This document shows, in pieces, positions 15,801 to 27,726 of a DNA stretch of 64,000 bases (positions are counted from its first letter, which is position 1; each line of letters starts with the position of its first letter). This DNA is from Tubulanus polymorphus (lineage: Eukaryota; Animalia; Nemertea), in assembly GCF_964204645.1 (NCBI RefSeq), contig NC_134028.1, forward strand, positions 11,019,063 to 11,083,062, written 5' to 3'. Made by a program: the position numbers and the translations under genes. The notes below the pieces were generated by a model. It saw only the letters and a program-made list of their open reading frames with translations, was not told the origin of the DNA and did not search any database.

Positions 15801-18234
15801 TTTCCTCATCATCATTATCATTAGGTTCGACGGTTTCCTCTTCGCTATCGGAGGAGAAATCATCGTCGTCTTCCTCTAATTCGTACCCGGCCACCTCCTG
15901 TGACGTTCCGATCATATCAAAGTTATATTCCTGTTTCTCTTTGTTTCCTCCTCGCTTTAAAAACTTCTTCAGGAAAGATTTTCCCGATAATCGAGATTTA
16001 GATTTTATTTCCGTTTCGTTCGGTTCCGTTTGGTTCGAGACGCCGCCACTAGGCGGCGATGAATCTTTCTTGCTATGACGAGGTAACGTGCTGGTAGGTG
16101 GTGGTGTAGGTACTATAGATGGCGTTACCGGTGGTGGAGGTGGCGCCGGTGCGGGACGTTTGATTTGTTTAGTCGTTCTAGCGAGATCTAACGACGAAGC
16201 GATCGTCATCCGTTTACAATCGATTGTCGTCGATTGTGATTTAATCGCTAGCGTTGAATTACGATTATTTGAAACTCGTCCGAGAGTTAAACTGTGTCCG
16301 CCGGTTACCGTCGACGCGGTTACCGTCGCCGGGGTAACCATTGTCGGGGTGGCCGTCGTCGATTGTTGCGAAGTAACGGCGTCGTATAAATCGTAGAAAT
16401 TCTCTTGCCGCGACTGCGCCCCCTTGTGTTCGGTATCGGAATCGATATCTTCGTACATGTGATGTCTGATCATGATCGGTACTTTACGAGGTGACGCGCA
16501 CTCTTGACGAAGTTTCTCTTGTTCCGCGTATAAAATCACCGGGTTAGAAATATCCCCCGTCAACAATGGAGAATCATCCGATTTACCGTAACTACTACGT
16601 TTAATTTCGAGGACTGCTCCGGACTCACCGGTCCGGGAACCAGTCCGCGGCCGTCGTTCCACCGTAGCGCTTCTCGTTATCGTACCCGTGGGCGTGGCCG
16701 TATTTTGATTGACAGGTTTGAGTATTTTTAGCGCTGCCTCCACGTCCGCGGCACTAGTAGCGCCACCTTTTGTTTCGGACACGCCGTGGAGAAATGAAGC
16801 ATTCTTGGGAGTTTCTAATTTTGAATCTTTATTCGTTGATTTATCGGGAGTCGCCCCTCGTGTAGTAACCGGAGTCGCCCCTCGTGGAGTAACCGATCCC
16901 TGTCTACTGGAGGATGACTCCGATGTTGGAGGAGTCGATGTAGGTAGTTTAGGAGGGATAGAATCCTCCGGACTGGAAACTGGAACATTCTCCGCTATAT
17001 CGATCACTTTATACGGTAACACTTTTTTAACGGGAGTTATATCGACCACTTTATACGCGCGGGTTAAATTAGTCATTGTTGTATCGGTCGTCGTGGTTAC
17101 TTCACGTTCGGTACTGCGATCTCTAACGCTGATATCGTACTCATGGTAGATACCGCCGGTGTCGCCCTCTATTGATGATTGTTTTTTAAACCGATGAGAT
17201 GAAAGTGATGGTAGTTTTTTCGAGAAGTGAATTGAAGCGGATGTTTCCGTTGACGACACGGTATCGTGGTCGCTGTTAGTTTCCTCTTCGCACTCATTGT
17301 TGGTTTCGCTTAGCGACAAACTGCTCGTATCATCCAGCACGTGTTTAGTGGCGCCACCTATCGGTGGTGATTTTCTATTGTTAATAGAAGAGAATGATTT
17401 CGGATTCCACAACATGTCGTCCTCGATCGCCAGTATCTCGCTGCTACCGAGTTTCTCTAAACGTTTCTTAGTCGGCGTCTCGTGTAATAAATTCTCTGAA
17501 TTTGAATTGTATTTAGTATTATCGAATGTGATTTGAGCGATCTCTTTCTCTGCTGGTGTTAGTTTATTATTGGTAACCGTGACTACGTCCTCATCGCTCT
17601 CCTCCTCCTCCTCCTCCGATGACGACCCGTTTAATCCTCCGTCTGATCCAATTATTTTCGGTTCCATTTCGCCAAACTTTACCGAACACAATTTACCCAG
17701 AATCCTCGGTTTGCGTCTTAATGCCGATTGTTTAGGAAGCGTTGCTATAGCGACCGTATTTTTATCGGTACTGTTTGTACGGGTCCGGTTGCGAGGTGGT
17801 GATTGGTCAATTTTTAGATTTTTTAAATGAGCTCCTTTAGCGGGAAGAGCCGGCTTCTCACGATTGTTTGATCGATGTTTCCCACCAGGGGGCGATGAAT
17901 GCTGTACTCCAGATAGTTTTTGTGCTCCTGGTTTACCGGTAGCTACTCCTGGTTTACCGGAAGCTACTCCTGGTTTACCGGAAGCTACTCCTGGTTTTGT
18001 TGTTGATCCCGGTTTAACGGAAGCTGGTCCCGTTTTAAGGGGGCTCGATTTTTTATCCTTAGTTTTGGTCGAACTACCGGAGAAAACGATGTTACCATCG
18101 GACGCGGCTTCCGCTCCATTGTTGGTGCCATTTTGCCCAGTAGGTGGCGCTCCGTGCTCACCGCGGGGACGTAAACAATCACCGCATAATTCACGTCTCC
18201 AAGCATTCTCTTTAAACCGTTGACAACCAGACAT
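12883..18234 (-). CDS. PEAK1: PEAK1/PRAG1 (SgK269/SgK223, NKF3) family pseudokinase scaffold
   Basis: The N-terminus MSGCQRFKENAWRRELCGDCLRPRGEH resembles the PEAK1/Pragmin N-terminal motif (C..F.EH.W...CKNC....H). A long Pro/Ser-rich region carries PALPAK and Tyr motifs. The C-terminal degenerate kinase (FRDLSPECILL) is followed by VLWGP and WLDVERARM (SHED-like). A likely 5'-UTR exon has its donor near 20925. Confidence 0.78.
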
Positions 18235-19169
18235 TGTTGTTCCCTTATCGCTCGATAGTTTCAGATTTACATTTTACTCCTGAAAAATATTTGAGATAAA
18301 AACAAGTAAATAACAGAAAACAGACACTGGTTCAGACAGCGGCTACTGCTGCTACTGGTGCTGGTGGTGCTTCTGGTACTGGTGCTGCTGCTGCTGCTGC
18401 TACTGCTGCTACTGCTGCTGCTGCTGCTGCTGCTGTGGCTACTGTTTATCTGAAATGATGTTTTATGTGTTCGACTCAGCAGGAAGTACAGATAGACAGT
18501 TTCAGTAAAGCATCAGTAAATCTAAACACGTTCAGATTTACCACCAAATCTTCAGATATACCTGCAAAACCTGAGAGAGAGTAGTTCTATTACTGTATGG
18601 TAAATGTGAGACAGACAGTAACCGATATATCAGTCTAAAGTATATAGACTGTAGACTGATTGATTGGAAATCAATAAACATTGTCTATAATACCAGTAAT
18701 CTAACTATTAAATCAGTCACCGGATTAATCTAAGGGGTTTAGATAGAAAATATAAAGCCTGATAAAACCTGGGTACAGAGAGAATTCATCATAGAAAACA
18801 TTGTTAAACGTCAAAATAACGAGGCCAAATTTTACATAACAAATAATTAGAGTAACTACCGTAAAATACGCAATTCATTCGCAGTAATTTGGTCGACGTA
18901 ATTATCCTAATAATACACCACACAATATCATCAAAATACATATAATCAAAATATATCGCGATAAACTATGACACTAAGTATTGTTTGGAGTAGTTTGGAG
19001 TAGGGCGGAGGGGAGAGGGGGAGAGGGGGGAGAGGGGGAGAGCTAGAGACCTGTTGTTGGTGTAATACCTGTAGACATTCAATGAGTCGTACACACAATA
19101 CACACATACAATGAATTATACATAATTGACTGGGATTAAAAACCTCAGCTGAAAACTGATCAATCTTCT

Positions 19170-19535
19170 TCACAGTCAGTCCTCAGAGACAGTCCTCACA
19201 GTCAGTCAGTCCTCACAGTCAGTCAGTCCTCACAGTCAGTCAGTCATCTCACAGTCAGTCATTCAGTCCTCAGAGACAGTCCTCATAGTCCTCACAGTAA
19301 CTCAGTCAGTCCTCAGAGACAGTCCTCATAGTCCTCACAGTAACTCAGTCAGTCCTCAGAGACAGTCCTCATAGTCCTCACAGTAACTCAGTCAGTCCTC
19401 ATAGTCCTCACAGTAACTCAGTCAGTCCTCAGAGACAGTCCTCATAGTCCTCACAGTCACTCAGTCAGTCCTCACAGTCAGTCCTCAGAGACAGTCCTCA
19501 TAGTCCTCACGGTAACTCAGTCAGTCCTCACTCAG
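19170..19535. repeat. Compound CAGT/CCTCA minisatellite; a related array lies at about 42955-43100
   Basis: Repeated CAGTCAGTCCTCA(C/G)AG units. Confidence 0.85.
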
Positions 19536-19988
19536 TAAGCCCTCACTTGGTGTTGGTATTAGTGGTGTTTGTGGACTGTTGGCAGTACAGCTCATATATT
19601 TGGTGTTGGTAGTTGATATGGTGATAGTGATTATATGGTGGTTGTTTGTGATAGTGGTAGGTAGTGTGGCCTTAGGCTTAGTGGTGAAGGGTGGTATTGG
19701 CGATATGTGGCATTGATCTAATGTTGATGGTGTTGGAAATCTATATGAATTAAAATAAACAGTTGAACTCTGTAAGGACAATCACTGCCCATGTCAATGT
19801 GTGTCTGAGGCCGAGGAGAGAGACTACTTTTATTAGACATCTTCAAGCCTTCTCAATGCAACAACAGTTAGAAATCATTATTGCTTCATTCCTTCATTTA
19901 ATACAATACTGACAACAAGGAGACGAGAAGAAGAGAGAGAGAGACTAGCTGCTGGAGGAGAGGGGGGTCGAAGATCGCCGGATGAGAC

Positions 19989-20784
19989 CACAGGGGTTTG
20001 GCGATGGGCTTGGATTTTATTTCCGGGTTGTTGATAATCTCGCGAGAATGGCGCTAAATATGAACTGCGAATAAATTCAAAATATCACGGAAATACCTTG
20101 TGTTTATATTGTTTATTTATCCGCTATAAAGTTCTGATAAACAATTGGTGGTTAAGAATCATTATCAGACGGTCGTCACGCTACTATATAAAAGAACAAG
20201 GGATGAAACGCCTTCAGAGTTGTGCCAGCCAGAAAGTTGGGACAGTCACGTGACTTAACGCTTCTTATTTGACTGAACGCGAACCTGAAGCATATAAGAT
20301 GGAAACTATGATACGAAAAATATTTGAGAATAACTTACATTCAAATGCATTTTTTTACTATGAATTATATATTTCGTCATAATTCATTCCTTTATTATTA
20401 TAAAGTTATTTATTTCATATGAATCATAATCTGACAATTGATATCGGTCTGTGAATATGTTAACTTTTCGTGTTGAAGTTTTAAATGCGATGACGTCATC
20501 AGAATGTCACGTGACTGTCCCAACTTTCTGGCTGAAAATTTAAGTACAGCGGAGGCCTGGCGTTTCATCCCTTGTGATTTTATATAGTAAAGCGTGACGA
20601 CCGTCTGATAACGATTCTTAACGACCAATTGTTTATCAGAACTTTATAGCGGATAAATAAACAATATAAACACAAGGTATTTCCGTGATATTTTGAATTT
20701 ATTCGCAGTTCATATTTAGCGCCATTCTCGCGAGATTATCAACAACCCGGAAATAAAATCCAAGCCCATCGCCAAACCCCTGTG
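19989..20784. mobile_element. Non-autonomous DNA transposon (MITE) with long TIRs and an 8-bp TSD, P- or hAT-like
   Basis: Starts CACAGGGGTTTGGCGATGGG and ends CCCATCGCCAAACCCCTGTG. The inverted arms (about 220-260 bp) are near-identical. GATGAGAC flanks both sides (19981-19988 and 20785-20792). Confidence 0.92.
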
Positions 20785-21027
20785 GATGAGACCAGCCAGC
20801 AAGCAGCAACAGCGACAGTTTCTACTTTTTGAAATTGAATCGAATTATTCTCAACACAAATTTCTCTCTATGAGTTTCACAATTCTCAATGAAACACTAC
20901 ACATTACAGAACGTTCTAAACTTACCCAAAACATCTTTCTGAGTTTAATCCGCGGTAAAAATCAGGTAAATCCGACGGATTTTTATTTAGAAACTGCATG
21001 AACTGTCAAAAAACTGAGAACTGGTGT

Positions 21028-21430
21028 CGCCACCTGCTGGTGATACCGCGGCGATCAGCGGTTCGTCTATTGGTTTTACATGCAGCGCGACGGGGAGATG
21101 GCCACTGAAAGTAACAGCCCTGGAACTATTTTAATTTATCAATTTTCCTGAAATATTTAAAATATCCGTTAACATTTCTCGTATTCGCCTCAATAAAGAT
21201 GAATAACATGTAATTATGTTTTGTATTACATTTTAGGCTTCCAATCGGCGTAAAAGTACAAAGTGTTGAACTATTTCTTTGTAGCGGTGGTGCCATTTGA
21301 CCACAGTACTTCGGTTTCGCGTATTGATATAAAAACAAAATGGCGGCCGTTCTCGTCGATTCAGGAACGATTTTTAAACGCAGCGCGATGTAACTCGGCT
21401 GTGTGGAGACTAGTTTTAGACTTCCGGGTT
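21028..21430. promoter_or_regulatory. Probable bidirectional promoter for PEAK-like and HMG20
   Basis: Lies between divergent first exons (donor near 20925 on minus, near 21508 on plus). Contains a CTCF-like CGCCACCTGCTGG at 21028, CCAAT at 21241, YY1-like AAAATGGCGG near 21337 and ETS-like ACTTCCGG near 21420. Confidence 0.55.
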
Positions 21431-21653
21431 GTCTATTTTTTTCACTTTTTTCCAAAGATTCCAGCGATTTAATTAGATTTTGGCGGCTTAAAACAGGATC
21501 TGATTGAGTGAGTAAATATTGATATCATATCTGATCATTCGCTAATAATTAATGACGCAATTCCTTGAACATTTCGTCGCAAATTTTACAAAACAACGTA
21601 AATTTTCAAATGAATTCAATACAAATGAAGATGAATATATTGTTTGACAGATA

Positions 21654-23827
21654 ATGGAAGAAGGCTCGAGTGGTTTAACGATGTCTAATTATCCGACATA
21701 TGAATCTATTGATGATGACGTGTCTAAAGGAAGCACAGATTTAACAGTAGTCGATACTCCTTCACAGTAAGAGTCAATTGAACCTTCACGCTTGTCCCTG
21801 TTACTGTAACTTCCACCTCTCTCCCCCTCACCTCTCTCCCCCTCACCTCTCTCCCCCTATCACCTCTCTCCCCCTCACCTCTCTCCCCCTCACCTCTCCC
21901 CCTCTCACCTCTCTCCCCCTCACCTCTCTCCCCCTCACCGCTAGGAGGTCATCTCTATGTTGTTGTGTTTACAGGTTTTCTACTGGTGAAGGTGCGGGTT
22001 CGTTTACAGCTGTTGGAACGGACTCTAATTCTGTAAATCCAGATCAGTTCATCAACGTATCGAACATCGATACCGGTAAGTATTCAAATTAATAACAGTT
22101 TGATCCGTTTAACCCGTTACCACGGTTACTAATATGTTCATGCATTCGTAGTTTCATTGATGTCGTCGTCCGACCCGATGCTTCAAACAGTAACGACCGT
22201 CTCGGCGGTAACCGCCAATAATACAGCGGCCACGCAGTCTAAAGAGATGGAGATTCAGAAAAAAACGGCCGCAATTCAAAAAAAGAAACGAAACAGAAAA
22301 CGTAAGAAAGATGTGAACGCGCCACGGCAACCGTTGAGCGGGTATCTACGATTCCTCAACAGTAGACGAGAAATAGTTCGCACCCAAACACCGACCTTGA
22401 CCTTCTCGGAGATAACGCGTCTGCTCGCGAACGAATGGACGAATTTAGCACCGGACGAAAAACAGAAACATCTGGACGCGGCGGAGAAAGATAAAGAGCG
22501 TTACACGAGAGAAATGGAGGCTTATCATAAAACAGAGGCTTATAGAGTGTTCCAACTGAAAAAACAAGAGGCTAAACAAAAGGGTAAATATCTAACCTCC
22601 CTCTCTGAGGTTCCCTGAATCCCCGGTACTTTCCTGCTCTCCCTGTCGTATCCTCTATCAACCTATTTGGTTCCAGTGTTCTCAAGTATGCTCGAGTTTT
22701 AAAGGGGCTGCATTTATTATTAAGTGTTTGTCGCTGCTGCAGTGGCAAAGATTTCCCTAAAAAGTTACAGAAATTTCAGCTTAATTTTGGCGCAATCTTC
22801 TTTTCATCAAATTTGCTCAATATATTTCAAAGCAATTATTAGCATTGATAGAATAATTAGCAGCAGATATTTTCATAAGGAGAGGCTAATTTTCAGAAGG
22901 GTGGATGTAGAAATGAAATGAACACTATCCTCCCTCCCTGTCTCACTGCATCCTCCAGCCTCCCTGATACACCCACTCCCCCTACCTGTATCCCCTAGCA
23001 ACGTACCTCCTACACCTCTCCCCCAAACTGAAAGTCTGTTATTAAATCGTCAGATTTTCTCTTTTGTTTAGAAATGGAAGCAGAATTGAACCAGAACCAA
23101 ATAATTTCACCTCTTGAGGTAGGAATAATTTCACTTCACTCTGAAAATAGCTGCTAAATTCACTGTTATTCATAAATGTGTTGATTATTTCATCTGTAGT
23201 TTCTACAACACGACAATGTAACATCTAAAGAGGACGGTGATAATGGAGATGAAGATGCGATCGGAACTTTCGATATTCCGATATTTACCGAAGAATTTCT
23301 CGACCACAATAAAAGTATGCGTGACCCCCGTCATCGTCGTTTCAGTAGAGAGTTTCACGTTTAATGATTGTTGTTATTATTGTTATAGATCGTGAGAGCG
23401 AACTGCGGCAGTTGAGGAGACAGAATACCGAATACGAAGAACAAAACGCGATCTTAACGAAACACATCGAAAACATGAAACAAGCCATCGAGAAACTAGA
23501 AACAGAATCAAATCATCAAAAAACACAGAATCTTTCATTCAGACAACATTTACATTCACTACGTTCAACGTTAACTACGAACTTCTCGGCCGTTCCAATA
23601 CCAGGTTACTATAGTTACACTATAATTACAACAATACGATCGGTTGATTTGGAAACGGTATAATTGTGATTTTATTTGTAGGTTGTAATGAGTTGCCGCG
23701 AATGGATACGATTGATACGTATCTCGCTAAACTACATTCACTCATATTAGATTCACCTCACGAGAACGAGACACTCATTTCAACTGTGAGGGAAATAGTC
23801 GGCAGAATGAATCTAGATACAATCTAA
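21654..23827 (+). CDS. HMG20A: HMG-box protein 20A/B (iBRAF/BRAF35)
   Basis: HMG box DVNAPRQPLSGYLRFLN..FSEITRLLANEW..AEKDKERY; FDIPIFTEEFLDHNK; coiled coil RESELRQLRRQNTEYEEQNAILTKHIENMK; C-terminus IDTYLAKLHSLILDSPHENE. Confidence 0.92.
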
Positions 23828-24582
23828 ACTCTATTGGGTGCCACTCCTCTAAACTCATTTCAATTGGATCACCACTTTGTCTGAACTCATCCCGAATGGA
23901 TCACCACGGCTTTGTCTGAACTCATCCTGAATGGATCACCACTTTGTCTAAACTCATCCCGAATGGATCAACACTTTGTCTAAACTCATCCCGAATGGAT
24001 CAACACTTTGTCTAAACTCATCCCGAATGGATCAACACTTTGTCTAAACTCATCCCGAATGGATCACCACTTTGTCTAAACTCATCCCGAATGGATCACC
24101 ACGGCTTTGTCTGAACTCATCCTGAATGGATCACCACTTTGTCTAAACTCTATTGGGTGCCACTCCTTTAAACTCATTTCAATTGGATCACCACTTTGTC
24201 TGAACTCATCCCGAATGGATCACCACGGCTTTGTCTGAACTCATCCTGAATGGATCACCACTTTGTCTAAACTCATCCCGAATGGATCACCACGGCTTTG
24301 TCTGAACTCATCCTGAATGGATCACCACTTTGTCTAAACTCTATTGGGTGCCACTCCTTTAAACTCATTTCAATTGGATCACCACTTTGTCTGAACTCAT
24401 CCCGAATGGATCACCACGGCTTTGTCTGAACTCATCCTGAATGGATCACCACTTTGTCTAAACTCATCCCGAATGGATCAACACTTTGTCTAAACTCATC
24501 CCGAATGGATCAACACTTTGTCTAAACTCATCCCGAATGGATCAACACTTTGTCTAAACTCATCCCGAATGGATCACCACTT
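23823..24582. repeat. About 31-34-bp satellite with higher-order structure in the HMG20 3' UTR
   Basis: Units of TCTAAACTCATCCCGAATGGATCAMCACTTTG, with a variant block CTCTATTGGGTGCCACTCC recurring at about 23830, 24150 and 24340. Confidence 0.9.
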
Positions 24583-24840
24583 TTTGTGAAGCTTATTTCA
24601 GTTTTTTTGGTTGCATTTATTATTGTCAGTAGTAAATATTGTTGTCGTTTAAACGTAAAAATGTTTGTTTTGTCTCTTGTAAAAATGTTGTAAAATAAAT
24701 TTATGAATATTTACATTTAAGAAATATATTACTTTATTTTTCTGAAATCAAAGTTGTCTGGGGAGGAGACTAGAGAGGATGAGAGGAACTACTGGGCCCA
24801 GTCTCGGCCTCGATCCTCCTGCCGTGTGTGGCCTTATCCG

Positions 24841-25036
24841 TGACGTCACTGATTTCCTAGAAATCGCCGATTCCTGTAATCAGCTGCTTGAACTAGGTCG
24901 AATGAGGAGTCACCGTCTATGACGTCACTCATCTAATTAGGCGAGATGGGAGTCACCATCTGTGACGTCATTTCGGCGAATATCCCAACTAGTAACGACA
25001 ATCCGACCAATCACAGGCTCGGATCGACGTCACGTG
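24841..25036 (+). promoter_or_regulatory. ZFAND5/6 promoter with clustered CRE/ATF sites, a CCAAT box and an E-box
   Basis: TGACGTCA at 24841, 24920 and 24963; CCAAT near 25008; GACGTCACGTGA near 25027. A non-coding first exon has its GTGAGT donor at 25141. Confidence 0.65.
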
Positions 25037-26742
25037 AACGGGATAGTAATAAAGACTAGCTTTTTATCAACAGAGAAATAAAGGACGCAATTTGTGGAAT
25101 ATTTCATCTAAAGTCTTCTTATACGGACTTGATTCTGGTTGTGAGTATAGTTCAAATCTCGATCTAGCGATTTAACAAATTTTCAAACGAGTAAAGGGAA
25201 TATTGAGCGAGAAAATTGAGTTTTAAGAACGGGTTACCTTTCCAAGGTCGCCATCTTGATGACTTGCCTATGCCTGAGAGGGGTAAATATAGACGTGTGA
25301 AATTCAGCCCCAATTTATTATGTGAGCGCCTTCAAAATCGTCGTGTAATCTATGGATGGAAAGTGAAATATTGTTTATTACTTATCAAACCATCAGTTCT
25401 GGCTGGTTGAAACAGGATTTGTTTGAAATAGCAGGGAAGAGAAAGAAGGTGATGACTTCTTTTTTGGACTGACTGGGACTAATTGCAGGGAATTCTAATA
25501 CTCTATATCTCCCTATATAACCTACATACATTCTCTCGTAGTTAATATTCAAAATATTAATTCTAAGCTGTAGAACTGCTTGGTAATTTATTTCGTTTGT
25601 CGGGCTTCGGGATCCCCTCATTCTTGCACCACAAATTATTATTCACACCTATTTATACTCAATAATGCGCAGGAATATATCTAACAACATTTATTATGAA
25701 GTTAAGAATAGGATTTGTTGCCAGTGCCCCCAGCATTACAGCATTAGAGGATCTTCAGCGGGCTGACTCTAACACCCCCTCCCAATGTCAAACAATAGTA
25801 TATATATGCGTAACAATGCTGATAGTTCGGTGACAGCTGCTTCGATTGTTATCTGTGTAAAACGACTATTGAAACAAACATGAATTTTTACAGTGAAATT
25901 AAGTAAAGTTTAACGCGTAGAAATAAGTCGAATAAAGGCTTTATAGCGCTGGTGATAGAACCAGGAACTCAATACTAAAAATACTGTCAATAATTGACCA
26001 AAATATATGTATACGTTTTGCGAAATGTCTATAATTAATTCTGGTGAATCGTTCTTTTGTGTTTGATAAATGTTAGGGATAAATACGTATGTGATTGTAT
26101 TGTGTTTGGCTATTTCCAGTACATGGCACACAAACATACTTTGTACGTACTCACACGTACAAGTATGTCATCATACAAACTTAGAATTTCAGTATGAACA
26201 ATAGTTTCTTAGAATAAAACGTAAAACGTTAAAAATACTGATACAGTTTTATTTATAAATATTTCTCAAGTTTGAATTGGACAGATCCACCATAGAGTGG
26301 TGTGTTTATCAGTAACTGGGTTAGACGCGTAAATCAGGTAACTCCTAATATCAGTTTGAGTTGTGTAATGACTCTGTATTGAAATGTGGTCTGATTTATA
26401 ATACAGTGTAGACCACATCCCGGATTCGGGATTCTGTCTCACACTGTTCTGTTCTGCATTGTTTGTTTGACTGGTCCAACTATATAAACACTGATTGTGA
26501 ATTATTTTTAGGTCATAGTTGATAGAAGGGTTGACAGTACTTTAACATCTCACTGCTGACAGTCAGTCGGATGAGTGTTACAAATCAACCACCCCCTCAA
26601 GCCCTGCTCCCCCTCGAGCCCTGTCCCTCCTGCTCCCCTCCCCTGATTGCTGATAACATGCACTTTGTATGATATGAATTAATTGTATATTTTGAAAAGG
26701 TTGTAATTTTTTGACGCTCTGAGACTTGACAGAGAGAGAGAA

Positions 26743-27726
26743 ATGGAAAGTAACGGCAACCAGAACATGCCACCGGCGACATTGTGTCGTACTGGATGCG
26801 GTTTCTATGCCAACGCTGCATTCGACGGAATGTGTTCGAAATGTTATAAAGATGTTTTAAAACGTAAACAAGCATCGAGTTCACCGGTCAGTGGACGCAG
26901 CGCGAGTCCCGCTAGTTGTAAGTATCTCACACCGGGTGGCGCCGCCGTCGTCGTCTGTACATCGGCTGATATTTACGTTAAAACGAGTGTTGTTTGAATT
27001 CAGGTTCACAAACAACTTCCTCGACGACTACTGACGCTAGTTCCAACACTAGTATCACCGGAATGGTTGCTACGGCAACGCAGACAACAACGCCGTGTAT
27101 CGACACCGCTATGCCAACAGTACCGTCGACATCGTCAGTATCATCTAGCCAATCAGAAACTTCCAAAGATGCCAAGGATGAAGACGACTCGGCTATAGGT
27201 CAGTACAATCAGTCGACTGGTTAACTGGTCGATCACACCGGGTCAAATCCATTATTGATAGTACTGATTAATAACTGTAGGTGGCGCTACTGCGGGAGCT
27301 GGTTCGGACTCGTCGGACTCAAACGATAAGGACAAAAAACCCAAGAAAAATCGTTGCTTTACTTGCAAGAAAAAAGTTGGATTAACAGGTAAGTGTAGAT
27401 CGAACTGTTGTTTCCAATAGATACTGTTAAACTGTTTGAGTATTGTTGCAGGTTTCCAATAGATACTGTTAAACTGTTTGAGTATTGTTGCAGGTTTCCA
27501 ATAGATACTGTTAAACTGTTTGAGTATTGTTGCAGGTTTCCAATAGATACTGTTAAACTGTTTGAGTATTGTTGCAGGTTTCCAATGCCGATGCGGTGGA
27601 TTATATTGCAGTTTACACAGATATTCAGATAAACACGATTGTCAATTCAACTACCGCGAACACGGACAGGAACTGATTAAAAAACAAAATCCGGTCGTCG
27701 TAGGAGAAAAAATACAGAAAATATAA
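26743..27726 (+). CDS. ZFAND5: A20/AN1 zinc-finger protein 5/6
   Basis: A20 finger [23 protein letters not shown]; AN1 finger [37 protein letters not shown]; C-terminus [12 protein letters not shown]. Confidence 0.94.
27411..27586. repeat. 42-bp tandem repeat, about 4 copies, containing the last ZFAND splice acceptor
   Basis: Unit TTTCCAATAGATACTGTTAAACTGTTTGAGTATTGTTGCAGG. Confidence 0.93.

Noticed and set aside
16088-18223. Plus-strand ORFs opposite PEAK (likewise 51062-59551 opposite APC)
   Set aside because: They are antisense shadow frames of long low-complexity exons.
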